The notes under the pieces are model-generated. The model was not told the origin of the DNA. It saw nothing but the letters and a program-made list of their open reading frames with translations, and searched no databases. Position numbers and translations under genes: made by a program. Shown piece by piece: positions 15,318-25,470 of a DNA stretch of 64,000 nucleotides. Positions within the stretch are counted from its first letter, which is position 1. Each line of letters starts with the position of its first letter. This DNA is from Oxynema sp. CENA135 (GTDB taxonomy: Bacteria > Cyanobacteriota > Cyanobacteriia > Cyanobacteriales > Laspinemataceae). The stretch is taken from assembly GCF_016632315.1 (NCBI RefSeq), contig NZ_JAEOXH010000002.1, positions 32,160-96,159 on the forward strand. The letters are read 5' to 3'.

Positions 15318-16208
15318 CTACAATCGAAAGTCACGCACGCTTTGCCAGTAGGAAAGAGGAACCCCCGTATCGAAACATTCTCCTTCCAAACAACAGCCAT
15401 ACATTCCTTCCAACTGACGCAACTGTTCTAAGGCTGTCGTGAGTTGGATTTCGCCGCGATCGCGCCGTCCGTCTCGGATGTTTTGTTCGAGAATCTCGAA
15501 GATTTTGGGCGTTAACAAATACAGCCCAAAAACGGTTAAAAAATCGTTCTCCGCCAATCCTTCGACCCGCAGATGCGATCGCGCGTAATTCAAATCCGGC
15601 TTTTCGGTTACTTCGCTTAAGTTTATCAGCCCTGTTTCCGGCTGCCAACTCCCCGCCACACAACCGCAATGATACAGCTCCTCGGCGGGAGTGACGGTCA
15701 CCCCGATCGCACTTTTTCCGACTCGTTCGTAGACTTCAACCAGTTGACGCGCGCAAGAGATTTCCCGCGTCGAACGATAAATATGGTCGCCTAACATTAA
15801 TAAAAAAGGTTCTGTGCCAACCCAATCTTTAGCGCAATAAACGGCGTGACCGAAGCCGTCTTGTACGGGTTGAGTCAATATATTAATCCGTTTGCCGACA
15901 GTTTCTAAATAACGGACGTATTCTTTTTGATGGGGTTTTATTTTATGGGCAAAGGCTTCGGAAAGGGGCGTTTTAAAAAAGTCTTCAAATTGGGCGCGAT
16001 CGCTCTCGCGGGTGACGATCGCAATTTGTTCGATTCCGGCACTGATGGCTTCTTCGGCGATCGCCAATATAATCGGTTTGGCGATCCCGTCGCGATCGAC
16101 GATCGGAAATAATTCTTTAGCGATCGCTTTGGTCGCCGGAAACAGTCGGGTTCCAAATCCACCCGCCGGAATGACAGCTTTACGAACCTGTGATTTGACT
16201 TCGGTCAT
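15318..16208 (-). CDS. galU: UTP--glucose-1-phosphate uridylyltransferase
   Basis: N-terminal KAVIPAGGFGTRLFPATKAIAKELFPIV is the GalU nucleotidyltransferase signature. Confidence 0.8.
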   Translation of the reverse strand: MTEVKSQVRKAVIPAGGFGTRLFPATKAIAKELFPIVDRDGIAKPIILAIAEEAISAGIEQIAIVTRESDRAQFEDFFKTPLSEAFAHKIKPHQKEYVRYLETVGKRINILTQPVQDGFGHAVYCAKDWVGTEPFLLMLGDHIYRSTREISCARQLVEVYERVGKSAIGVTVTPAEELYHCGCVAGSWQPETGLINLSEVTEKPDLNYARSHLRVEGLAENDFLTVFGLYLLTPKIFEILEQNIRDGRRDRGEIQLTTALEQLRQLEGMYGCCLEGECFDTGVPLSYWQSVRDFRL

Positions 16209-16326
16209 TTCGATCGAATTACGATTAGCAAAAGGGGGCAGTTTTTGCCGTTCTCGGCGATCGCCTTCACTCGGTCAATTTTGATTGATTTTAAGGGTGG
16301 CGGCGATCGGCGAGGGCCTTAACCCT

Positions 16327-16444
16327 CTACAGCAATTCGCGCTGTCATGAGGTACAAGAGGCAAAGATCCCCCCAATCCCCCTTAAAAAGGGGGACTTTC
16401 ACTGCCCCCCTTTTTAAGGGGGATTTAGGGGGATCGAAATGTAC
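16327..16444. repeat. MITE-like repeat element, copy A (about 118 bp, G5/C5-palindrome rich)
   Basis: tacagcaattcgcgctgtcatgaggtacaagaggcaaagatccccccaatccccc...ttttaagggggatttagggggatcgaaatgtac. Near-identical in reverse complement to 27768-27878 and related to 58085-58227. Confidence 0.8.
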
Positions 16445-16541
16445 TGCCGAACAGCGAAAACTGCTCTATGCTCTTTTCCTGACAGCGATTTAGATTTATC
16501 TGTGGTAAATTCCCCCTAGATTTTACCCCAGAAGATCCCCA

Positions 16542-17480
16542 ATGACTGTCAAACCTACTCTGGACTCTCCTGTAAAAAATCCCCTGGCGTGGAAGCTCAA
16601 TCTGACGATCGCGGTCGGGGTTTTAGCGGTCTCCACCGCCGCCATTTTTATCCGCTTGACCCTGGAAGCTGCGGGAACCCGAGGGATTGGCTTTAGTTTG
16701 GTGATGGCCGCCACTCGTCTCACAATTGCCTCACTTTTGTTGGCTCCCGCGTGGCGCAACCTCAAACCCGCCCGTCTCGAAAAAGCGGCGATCGCCCAAG
16801 CTGCCCTCGCTGGCGTGTTTTTAGCGCTCCATTTCGCCGGGTGGATCGCGTCGCTCTCTTATACTTCGATCGCCGCTTCGACGACGATCGTCACCATGAA
16901 TCCGATTTGGGTTTCCTTGCTGTCCTGGTGGATTTACAAAGACAAACCCACGAAAATGACGGCGATCGGAATCGCGATCGCCTTAATGGGGGGAATGGCG
17001 ATCGGATTGGGAGATAGTGGCGGGTTGTACGGCGGAAGTAACCCAATTTTGGGAGATCTGCTCGCGTTGTTAGGATCTTGGACGATTAGTATCTATTTAT
17101 TGCTGGCGAAGTCGGTGCAAAGTCGGGGGATGGGAATTGGTCCGTACAGCGCGATCGTTTGTACTTGTGCGGCGCTGGTTTTACTACCGATGCCGTTTGT
17201 TTTTCAAACTTCATATTTTGGCTATCCCACGGAAGTTTATTTTTATATTCTTCTGATGGCTTTGATTCCTCAAATGATCGGTCATACGAGCTTAAATTGG
17301 GCTGTTCGTTGGACCTCTCCCACTTTAGTCGCGTTGGCGGTTTTATTTGAACCCGTTGCATCGAGTTTTTTGGGCTTTTTGGTCTTTAATGAAGTTCCCG
17401 GGATCTCGGTTTTAATTGGGGCGATCGTTTTGTTATTTGGAGTGGCGATCGCCGCGATCGGGTCGCGTCCCCAGGGATGA
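16542..17480 (+). CDS. EamA/DMT-superfamily transporter (10 TM)
   Basis: 312-aa polytopic membrane protein with two EamA-like halves. Confidence 0.75.
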   Translation: MTVKPTLDSPVKNPLAWKLNLTIAVGVLAVSTAAIFIRLTLEAAGTRGIGFSLVMAATRLTIASLLLAPAWRNLKPARLEKAAIAQAALAGVFLALHFAGWIASLSYTSIAASTTIVTMNPIWVSLLSWWIYKDKPTKMTAIGIAIALMGGMAIGLGDSGGLYGGSNPILGDLLALLGSWTISIYLLLAKSVQSRGMGIGPYSAIVCTCAALVLLPMPFVFQTSYFGYPTEVYFYILLMALIPQMIGHTSLNWAVRWTSPTLVALAVLFEPVASSFLGFLVFNEVPGISVLIGAIVLLFGVAIAAIGSRPQG

Positions 17481-17509
17481 AAATATACAAATAGTCACTT
17501 TTTTGTATT

Positions 17510-20383
17510 TCACCTTTGAGGACATAATTCTATTATGTGAGGCGGCGAACTGGCACCGGACGATCGCGCCGCCGTCAGCAAGATTTGGCCGTCGGCAGTG
17601 CGATCGAAGCCGCGCGCCTCGATTAAAGGATCCGAAGGGCGATCGCGGGATGAGTCTGTCGCCGAGGGTTCCCCCCGGGTCTCCCAGACGGGTTCGACCA
17701 ACTCCACCGACACCCCGTCGCGGCTGAGGGGTTGACCGGGATTGACGGGTAAGCCACCGCGTCCGCGAATGGCGAAAGTACTTTCGGCGAGTTGTTCGGG
17801 ATTGCAAGGGCTGCGCGCGATCGCCGCATCCGGGTCGGCGACCTCGACTTCGGGCAGATTGGCGGGTTCGATATCGATATCGCCGTCAATATTCAACTGT
17901 CCTCGGGCATTGATAATACTGTCGGGAGAGAGCAGAACTAATAACTCGTCTCCTCGGATGGCGCCAATGGCGATATTGCTGCCTCCTTGAGGGTCCGTGG
18001 CGCTGGTGACGATCTGGCTGGCTTCGAGCAATACCAAAGTTTCGGCGGCGATCGTGATATTGCCTTCCTGAGTAACATTCCCGGTTTGACTGCCTGCGGC
18101 GACAATTTCGCTGCCATTGCGTAAGAGAATATCGGGCGATCGCAGGTCAATATTACCCCCTTTTCCGATCGCCGATGACGCTTGCAAGGCGCCGCGATCG
18201 AGTTCCACGTCCGACGCCGCAATCTCAATATTGCCGGGGGTTCCCGTCCCTTCCCCGTTGACGCCGATCCGGGATCCGTCGGCCACCTGGAGGCGGTCCG
18301 TGGCGATCGCGATGCCGCCGCCATTGCCCGATCCGAGGGTGCGCGCGTCAATTTGAGCATTCCCGACAATTTCGACGCTTTCCGCCGCTTCTAAGCGCAA
18401 ACGGCCCGCATTCCCTTCCCCAGAGGTTCCCAAGACCACGATCGCCCCGTCGCCCACCGTCAAGCGGGGAGTGGCAATCGTCACGTTCCCCGCATTCCCC
18501 GCCCCGTCGGTATCGGCAGTGATTAAGGTCGGCAAACTGCCATCCGGCGAGGTCCCTCTAAACTCGATCGCCTCCGACGCCTCCAACAACATCAACCCGC
18601 CGACCCCGTCCACCGAGGTACTCGTCCCGATTTCGCCGCCATCGCGCACGATCAAACGGCGGGTTCTCACGGTCACGTCCCCCGCATCTCCCGCGCCAAA
18701 CCCTTTCGTCGTCAGCAAACTGCGTTCCCCGTCCGCACTGACTCCGGCAATATCTACTAACTCGGCCCCCTCGATCTCCAGTCTGCCGCCCTTTCCCGTC
18801 CCGTTGCTGGCGGCTTCGATTTGGGCGCCGTCGCTCAAACTGAGTAAGGGGGTGACGATCTCGATTTCCCCCGCATCGCCACTGCTGTAAGCGGTCGCCT
18901 CGATTTGGGTCGATGTTCCGCTTTCGGGGTCGGTTCCGTTCAACTGCACCGATTCTGAGGCGCGGATGGTCAAGTTGCCTCCCCGTCCCGGGCCGAAGGT
19001 TCGCACCCGCACTTGGGCGCCGTCGCGCATCGTCAGGCGCCGGGTGGTAATATCGACATTGCTGGCGTTGCCGACTCCGACGGTGGAAGCGTCGAGGATG
19101 CTGGCAAATTGGCCATTCACTGGAATTCCGCTTAATTCTACCGATTCTGAGGTGGCGATCGCGATCGTTCCCGCTTCGCCGTCGCTGACGGTTCCCACGG
19201 TAATCCAGCCGCCGTCCAACACGTTTAATTGGGTTCCGCGCACTTCGACGCTACCCGCATCGCCATTGCCGAAGGCGCCAGATCCGACGATCGTGCGAGA
19301 GGTGCCATCCCTGGAAACCCCGCTAATTTCGACGACTTCCGACGCTTCTAGGGCGATTTCGCCCCCATCTTCTTCGCCGAGACTGTCGGAACGAATTTCC
19401 GATCCTCCGGTAATGGTGAGATTGCGCCCGTGTACGCGGACGCCGCCATCGCCGCCCAACCCGGTGAATAAGCCGGATTCGTTGGTGATGGAGATATCTT
19501 GAAATGAGGAGAAGGGGGAGGTTTCTTCAAACCCGAATTCTCCTCGTGTTCCCGTCGTTTTCAGTTGTCCGTGGCGACCGGACCACAACTCGATCCGACC
19601 TTGGGGGGCTTTTAATAAGGCCCCGTCTAAGACAATCGGACCGCCAACGAGGGCTAAGGTGCGATCGGGTCGGACCCCCAACCCGTCTTCGCGGGCGAGA
19701 ATGCTCAGTTGAAAGGCGATTTCTTGGCGCGCGGTTTCGACGTTCTGGGTCGCCGTTTCGGTTCCGTCGAAATCTGGGGTGGCAAAACCGCGCCCGAGTC
19801 CGATTCCGTTGACGGCGATCGCCCCGGGATTGTCCCCCAACTGCAAGCCGACGGGAACGCTAACGGTGAGGAGAGTGTCGGTTTGAGGGGCGATCGCGCT
19901 AAAACGGCTGCCGTCGTCGAATAAGACCGCGTCCGCACTGGTTGCAACAAAGGAACCGCCTACATTTAAGGAGGCATTCGGCCCGAAAACGATGCCGTTG
20001 GGGTTGATTAAAAAGAGGTTGGCGCCGCCGTTGGCTTGGAGGAGACCGTCGATGTTACTCAGGTCGGTTCCGGTCACCCGCGAAAAGATATTTTCGATCG
20101 TTAGGGGGTTGTCGAAGGTGGCGGTTGTTCCCGTAGGGATCGAGAAGCTTTCAAAACTGTGGAATAAATTGCGCGATCGCGCCGTTCCTCCGGTAATCTG
20201 AATTGTATTTCCTTCGACGGTGACCGTGGAGCGATCGGGTAAGGTCCCATCGGGAACGATTTGAGCGATCGCCTGTCGTTCGATCGTACCCGATGCGAAG
20301 ACACAACAGGCGATCGCTGCAAAAAAAGCAGTTCTCCGGCGATCCGTAGAGGTTCGCCGTCGTGTTGTTGTAGCGTTATTCAT
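17510..20383 (-). CDS. filamentous haemagglutinin N-terminal (TPS) domain exoprotein with a long beta-helical repeat region (TpsA-like)
   Basis: Signal-peptide-like AFFAAIACCVFASG. TPS domain motifs NLFHSFESFSIP, NIFSRVTG, LINPNGIVFGPNASLNVGGSFVATSA, then about 700 aa of G/D/N-rich beta-helix repeats. Start chosen at Met 20383 (MNNATTT); the track ORF extends to 20428. Confidence 0.85.
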   Translation of the reverse strand: MNNATTTRRRTSTDRRRTAFFAAIACCVFASGTIERQAIAQIVPDGTLPDRSTVTVEGNTIQITGGTARSRNLFHSFESFSIPTGTTATFDNPLTIENIFSRVTGTDLSNIDGLLQANGGANLFLINPNGIVFGPNASLNVGGSFVATSADAVLFDDGSRFSAIAPQTDTLLTVSVPVGLQLGDNPGAIAVNGIGLGRGFATPDFDGTETATQNVETARQEIAFQLSILAREDGLGVRPDRTLALVGGPIVLDGALLKAPQGRIELWSGRHGQLKTTGTRGEFGFEETSPFSSFQDISITNESGLFTGLGGDGGVRVHGRNLTITGGSEIRSDSLGEEDGGEIALEASEVVEISGVSRDGTSRTIVGSGAFGNGDAGSVEVRGTQLNVLDGGWITVGTVSDGEAGTIAIATSESVELSGIPVNGQFASILDASTVGVGNASNVDITTRRLTMRDGAQVRVRTFGPGRGGNLTIRASESVQLNGTDPESGTSTQIEATAYSSGDAGEIEIVTPLLSLSDGAQIEAASNGTGKGGRLEIEGAELVDIAGVSADGERSLLTTKGFGAGDAGDVTVRTRRLIVRDGGEIGTSTSVDGVGGLMLLEASEAIEFRGTSPDGSLPTLITADTDGAGNAGNVTIATPRLTVGDGAIVVLGTSGEGNAGRLRLEAAESVEIVGNAQIDARTLGSGNGGGIAIATDRLQVADGSRIGVNGEGTGTPGNIEIAASDVELDRGALQASSAIGKGGNIDLRSPDILLRNGSEIVAAGSQTGNVTQEGNITIAAETLVLLEASQIVTSATDPQGGSNIAIGAIRGDELLVLLSPDSIINARGQLNIDGDIDIEPANLPEVEVADPDAAIARSPCNPEQLAESTFAIRGRGGLPVNPGQPLSRDGVSVELVEPVWETRGEPSATDSSRDRPSDPLIEARGFDRTADGQILLTAARSSGASSPPHIIELCPQR

Positions 20384-20470
20384 AGGCTTAGGCGATCGTC
20401 GTGAATTCGTACAACACCCGACCCCCAACAGTTGGCGAGGGAAGCGGCGCGACAGTCGGCGCCGACTTCG

Positions 20471-20968
20471 CTAAACTTCCGATTCCCAGTCGGGACAGCT
20501 TTCTCCATCCCAACCGTAAGGATGCATCCCACACACGAGCAAATTACCGCCGTAAACGTGACCGTGATAGTGATTGCATCCTACACAAGCCGGATGTCGC
20601 CCTTGGGTGGGTCGGACGTAAGTCACGAACGGCTGGGGGGGGTCTGGAGAGTCTTCATCGAGGGACCGATCTAAATCGAAGAGGTCTTCTAAATCGAATC
20701 GGTTTAATTCCTCGGCGAGGGTCGGATCGAAGACTTCCAAGAAAAAGCGATCGATTTCGAGAAAAAATCCCTCTTCCAGTTCTTCTACTAAATCCACACC
20801 GTCGTTAAAATCCCGGGTGATTTGTTCGGGAATCTTCGCCAACTCGTCAAAAAATTCGTTGACCTCTTCGCTTAAGTCCTGAAAAAAGCCTTCGACATCT
20901 TCGGCGGCGCTTTCGAGGAGTTTAAATAAATCAGTCGGCCAATTTTCCATAAGCTTTTGCCATGTCAC
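20471..20968 (-). CDS. hypothetical protein: acidic N-region with (D/E)xFF(x)E repeats plus a Cys/His-rich C-terminus
   Basis: Seven acidic FF-type repeats (EGFFQD, NEFFDE, EGFFLE, DRFFLE...) then PACVGCNHYHGHVYGGNLLVCGMHPYGWDGESCPDWE, a putative metal-binding motif. Confidence 0.5.
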   Translation of the reverse strand: MTWQKLMENWPTDLFKLLESAAEDVEGFFQDLSEEVNEFFDELAKIPEQITRDFNDGVDLVEELEEGFFLEIDRFFLEVFDPTLAEELNRFDLEDLFDLDRSLDEDSPDPPQPFVTYVRPTQGRHPACVGCNHYHGHVYGGNLLVCGMHPYGWDGESCPDWESEV

Positions 20969-20984
20969 TACAGCCTCGGCGAGA

Positions 20985-21392
20985 CTACTCGTTTTGCAGG
21001 CGGCGCAGTTCGTCTTGAAGCGATCGCACGCGATCGCGCAGTTGGTCTACATCGTCGGAACCTTTACCCTGGGGGGCTTGTGTCGGTGCTTGCGCTTCCG
21101 TCTCCCCGGGTTCCCCTTCTTCATCTTCGAGAATTTCGATGCGACGCGGTTCTTTCGGTGTCTCGTCTCCCGCCGACTCGTTCACCGACTGACGACCCTG
21201 ATTGACGATATCTTCGACAAAACGGCGGGCTTCGTCCGTACTCATCTCCCCGCGTTCTACCAGTTCGTCCGCTAACTTTTGGGCTTGTTTTTGTAACTCG
21301 GTCAGTTTGGTTCCCGCTTTTTCTCCCGCATAGGACGCCAAACCCACCCCGAGATAGAAGGCTTTTTGAACCACATCTCCGAAACCAGCCAT
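20985..21392 (-). CDS. phasin-like / coiled-coil small protein
   Basis: MAGFGDVVQKAFYLGVGLASYAGEKAG...ELQKQAQKLADELVERGEMSTDEARRFVEDIV resembles cyanobacterial proteins annotated as phasin family; the C-terminus is acidic and low-complexity. Confidence 0.5.
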   Translation of the reverse strand: MAGFGDVVQKAFYLGVGLASYAGEKAGTKLTELQKQAQKLADELVERGEMSTDEARRFVEDIVNQGRQSVNESAGDETPKEPRRIEILEDEEGEPGETEAQAPTQAPQGKGSDDVDQLRDRVRSLQDELRRLQNE

Positions 21393-21650
21393 AACGACTG
21401 TTGCTCCTTGTTATGCAATTACGGTACTGATTCCAGGATAGGGTGCAAACCTGCCGAGTGACCAGAAGTTGAAATCCAGTCCTAAAAAGTGACCCGGAGT
21501 CCACGCCTACCGCAAGCATCCCGTGTTGCTGCTCCCTTCCGGGTCTGACAAGGTTTAGGCGTTGCGATCGCATGGGTCCGGATCGCTTACTAGCATATCA
21601 TTATTAAAGGAGAAAACAAGGGTTCGGGCTGAAAAATCCCCAAAAATCCC

Positions 21651-21917
21651 TCATTCCACCACCACGCGCCACTCGTAAAGCACGTATTTGACGCAATCAT
21701 TGACCACCAGGGGATCGGCTTCGACAATGGCCCGGGCTTCCTCCATCGATGTTGCTCGAAATAGCAACATTCCCCCGGCTGCGCCCGCCCAATAGCCCGT
21801 TTTGGCTTGATGTCCTTTGGCGTTGAGATCGCTCACGTAGGCTTTGTGAGCCTCTACATATTGGTCGAAAATCGGTTTTTCGACAATTCCTTCCTCAATT
21901 TTGGCAAACCAAGGCAT
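21651..21917 (-). CDS. YciI-like family protein
   Basis: 88-aa ORF: MPWFAKIE...HKAYVSDLNAKGHQAKTGYWAG...GMLLFRATSMEEARAIVEADPLV. Confidence 0.7.
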   Translation of the reverse strand: MPWFAKIEEGIVEKPIFDQYVEAHKAYVSDLNAKGHQAKTGYWAGAAGGMLLFRATSMEEARAIVEADPLVVNDCVKYVLYEWRVVVE

Positions 21918-21965
21918 TTTATTTAACGGTTCTCGTTGTTATTGCTGAATTTCGGTTCATTTTCC

Positions 21966-22538
21966 ATGGAAAAATCTCCCCGTCTCTACTTTATCGCGCT
22001 CTTGCCTCCGACCGAACTGCAAGCGGAGGTCACCGCCATCAAGCAGGATTTTGCCGATCGCTACGGCAGTTCTCACGCCCTCAAATCTCCCCCTCACGTG
22101 ACTTTACAAGCCCCGTTTAAATGGGTTGAGGAGGATCTCGATCGCCTGACCGAACTGTTGCGCCAATTTGCCCGATTTCACGATCCGATCGCGATCGCCC
22201 TTTCCGGGTTCGGGGCTTTTCCCCCTCGGGTCATCTATATTCATGTCGAAAAAACACCGGAACTTTTACAAGTCCAAGCCGAGTTAGCACTTGATTTAGA
22301 ACGCCGTTTAGGGATTGTAGACGATCGCGCCCGAGGACGCGCTTTTTCCCCTCACATGACCGTGGCCTTTAAAGATTTAAAACGGCAAGCCTTTAAAGCA
22401 GCTTGGCCCGAATTTCGCGATCGCCCTTTTGCCGCCCAATTTACCGTTCCCGAGTTAACTTTACTCCTTCACCGCGATCGTCAGTGGCAGATTTACACCC
22501 AGTTTCCCTTTGAGGGGGAAGAAAACCATAATGCTTAA
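21966..22538 (+). CDS. 2'-5' RNA ligase / 2H phosphoesterase family (LigT/ThpR-like)
   Basis: Two H-x-T-x motifs (PHVTLQ and PHMTVA) about 85 aa apart; start placed at MEKSPRLYFIALLP (the track ORF starts at 21936). Confidence 0.8.
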   Translation: MEKSPRLYFIALLPPTELQAEVTAIKQDFADRYGSSHALKSPPHVTLQAPFKWVEEDLDRLTELLRQFARFHDPIAIALSGFGAFPPRVIYIHVEKTPELLQVQAELALDLERRLGIVDDRARGRAFSPHMTVAFKDLKRQAFKAAWPEFRDRPFAAQFTVPELTLLLHRDRQWQIYTQFPFEGEENHNA

Positions 22539-22893
22539 AAGATAGATAGATATAGACAGATAAAAGATAAAGAGACGCTAACGATCGGGCATTGCCTTGT
22601 CCCTCCGGGGGTTTTGCTATTTTTAGAAACCCTTGCGGATCTTCTCTTTTTTGCCTTAAAAACGATTTCTTCCCGATTCCCCATTCCCATTCCCTAGAAT
22701 TGACATCCTTTCACCCCATCAGATCCCCCCATCGGGTGAAGTGAATCGTAAAATTTCAAAGTTAAAATAGCATTTCGAGCGATCGCCATGACGAGTTTAA
22801 GATCGATTTAAGAGCAATTTAACCTTACCCTAAAATCAAAACAATATCGATCTGATAACTTGGCGATCGGACAATTCAGGGAATTAAAATCTG

Positions 22894-24330
22894 ATGGAAA
22901 GAATCGCAGCAAAATCACCGATTTTATCGGAAGTTAAAGCCTGCCTACAATTATCAATTCCCTTAGCGGCTGCCCAACTCGCTCAAGCCTCGACCAATTT
23001 TGTCGATACGATCATGATGGGATGGTTGGGTAGCGAACGTTTAGCGGCTGGGGCATTAGGTTCGATTTCATTTAGTACCCTTCTTTTAATTGGAACCGGG
23101 CTGTTATCCTCTGTCGGGGCAATGGCTGCTGTAGCCTATGGGGCTGGAGAATACAAAAAAATTGGCCGAATTGCCGAACAAGGATTGTGGTTGGGAATGG
23201 GGGTTTCGATCCCGATCGCGATCGTCATTTGGAACTTTGCAGCGATCGCTGTCCACTTCGGTCAAAATCCCGAGACTGTAGCCATTGCTCAAACCTATTT
23301 GCGCGCGATCGTCTGGGGCTTTCCCGGTGCAATGGGATTTATTGTTTTACGCAATACTTATTCTGCCATTCACCGTCCCAATATTATTTTAGCGATCGTC
23401 ATCGGCAGCGTGCCAATTAATGTAATTGGCAACTACATTTTAATGTTTGGTAAATTCGGATTTCCCGAACTCGGGTTAGCCGGGATCGGTTGGGCGAGTA
23501 CCTTTTCTTTCTGGGCTGCTTTCCTAACGGCAGTGGCCGTTATCCAGCTTAAAAAAGAGTTTAAACCGTATCGAATTTTTGCAACCATCCGCCATTTTTA
23601 TCCCCCCGTTTTTTGGGAAATCCTCCACATTGGATGGCCGAGTGGTATTTTATTGGCCATTGAAGCGGGTTTATTTACCGTGACTACGTATTTAATGGGA
23701 TACCTGGGGACGGTTCCCCTCGCCGCCCATTATGTTGCCCTCCAAACGGCCTCGATTACCTTTATGGTCCCCGTGGGTATTTCTTACGCGACGACCATGC
23801 GCGTCGGTCACGAACTGGGACGCAAAGATCGGCAAGGGTCGAAACGGGCCGGATCGGTGGGTATGGGCATCGGCGGCTTGTTTATGGCAGTTATGGCGGT
23901 GTGTGTCTGGCAATTTCCGCGATCGATTGTTGAGGTTTATCTCGACGTAAGTAATCCGGAAAATAGTGCGGTGGTCGAGTTGGCGATTTCGCTGTTGGGA
24001 ATTGCTGCATTTTTTCAAATTTTTGATGGGGTTCAAGTTATTGCAGCAGGTGCGTTACGCGGTTTAAAAGATACCCGCATCCCGATGGCGATCGGTTTGT
24101 TTTCTTATTGGGGGGTCGGTTTGGTTTCTGCCTATTGGATGGCGTTTAAGTTGGGCTGGGGGAGTTTGGGATTGTGGTGGGGTTGGGTGCTGGGTTTGGG
24201 AGTTGCCGCCCTGATTTTGCCCTGGCGTTTTTATGCTCTAATTTCCGATAAGTTCGAGGGTGAAACTGCACGATCGCAGGGGGTCTTGGAATTGAAAACA
24301 GGTGGAGAGCAGACCTTGGAGATCGAATAA
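22894..24330 (+). CDS. MATE-family multidrug/oligosaccharidyl-lipid efflux transporter
   Basis: 478 aa, 12 TM, NorM-like N-terminus (LQLSIPLAAAQLAQASTNFVDTIMMGWLG). Confidence 0.85.
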   Translation: MERIAAKSPILSEVKACLQLSIPLAAAQLAQASTNFVDTIMMGWLGSERLAAGALGSISFSTLLLIGTGLLSSVGAMAAVAYGAGEYKKIGRIAEQGLWLGMGVSIPIAIVIWNFAAIAVHFGQNPETVAIAQTYLRAIVWGFPGAMGFIVLRNTYSAIHRPNIILAIVIGSVPINVIGNYILMFGKFGFPELGLAGIGWASTFSFWAAFLTAVAVIQLKKEFKPYRIFATIRHFYPPVFWEILHIGWPSGILLAIEAGLFTVTTYLMGYLGTVPLAAHYVALQTASITFMVPVGISYATTMRVGHELGRKDRQGSKRAGSVGMGIGGLFMAVMAVCVWQFPRSIVEVYLDVSNPENSAVVELAISLLGIAAFFQIFDGVQVIAAGALRGLKDTRIPMAIGLFSYWGVGLVSAYWMAFKLGWGSLGLWWGWVLGLGVAALILPWRFYALISDKFEGETARSQGVLELKTGGEQTLEIE

Positions 24331-24405
24331 CTGCCCAGGGGCGATCGCGCGCTGCCCGCTCGCTACAATCGAAAGTGTCCTGTTCCCAAGCTGTTTCGAT
24401 CTATC

Positions 24406-25470
24406 ATGCGCGTGTCGATCGCCCCATTTACCGTTCGCAAACGCTTCGCCCTGACCATCAGTCGGGGAACGACCGCAGAAAGTACCAATCTTTGGCTCAA
24501 AGTCGAACACGACGGGATCGAAGGATGGGGGGAAGCGTCCCCGTTTTCGGCGGGCGGACCGCCCCAAACCACGGAGACGATCGCCCGTTCCCTCGAACCG
24601 ATCTTCAATCTGGCCGATTGTTGGTCTCCCTTCGACCGCCAACAAATCGAACTGGCGGCGATCGAATGGAAATTACCCTCGGCGGCGAAAGCGGCCCTCG
24701 ATACGGCCCTGTGGGACTGGATCGGCAAAAAGGCGGGATTGCCGTTATGGCAATTATGGGGCTTACAGCGATCGCGCATCGTCCCCACGTCGGTGACCGT
24801 CGGGATCGGTTCCCCGGAAAAGGCGATCGAACGCTTACAAGATTGGCTCAAATTCGTGCGAGTTAAAGCGGTTAAAGTCAAACTCGGATCCCCGGACGGG
24901 ATCGACGCGGATCGCGCCATGTTCGAGGCGATCGCCCGCGAAACCCCGCCGCGACTGAAGTTCAGCGTCGATGCCAATGGCGGCTGGTCTCTAGAAGAGG
25001 CAATAATTATGTGCGATTGGCTGGCAGGCCAAAAAGGGGTTAAATACGTCGAGCAGCCCCTTCCCGTCGTCGCCAGAGCCGAATTACGGGAACTTTACGA
25101 CCGTTCCCCTCTACCGATTTTTGTCGATGAAAGCTGTCACACCAGTGCCGATATCCCCCCATTGGCAGACCGGGTTCATGGCATTAATATCAAACTGATG
25201 AAATCTGGCGGCTTGAGTGAAGCCATGCGGATGATTCATACCGCCAAAGCCTGCGGGTTGCAGGTGATGTTCGGTTGCTATTCCGACAGTATTTTAGCGA
25301 ATAGCGCCCTCGCCCAACTCTCTCCCCTCGCCGACTATCTCGATTTAGACAGTCACCTCAACTTGCGCGACGATCCCTTCGAGGGGGCGACGATGCAACG
25401 AGGTTGTTTACTTCCCAACGATTTACCCGGTTTAGGAGTCCAACACCGTGCAACTCACTCCCGATCGTAG
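24406..25470 (+). CDS. L-Ala-D/L-Glu (dipeptide) epimerase, enolase superfamily
   Basis: Enolase-superfamily (MR/MLE subgroup) barrel with K-x-K (VKVKLG) and metal ligands (DANGGW, EQP, DES). Confidence 0.8.
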   Translation: MRVSIAPFTVRKRFALTISRGTTAESTNLWLKVEHDGIEGWGEASPFSAGGPPQTTETIARSLEPIFNLADCWSPFDRQQIELAAIEWKLPSAAKAALDTALWDWIGKKAGLPLWQLWGLQRSRIVPTSVTVGIGSPEKAIERLQDWLKFVRVKAVKVKLGSPDGIDADRAMFEAIARETPPRLKFSVDANGGWSLEEAIIMCDWLAGQKGVKYVEQPLPVVARAELRELYDRSPLPIFVDESCHTSADIPPLADRVHGINIKLMKSGGLSEAMRMIHTAKACGLQVMFGCYSDSILANSALAQLSPLADYLDLDSHLNLRDDPFEGATMQRGCLLPNDLPGLGVQHRATHSRS

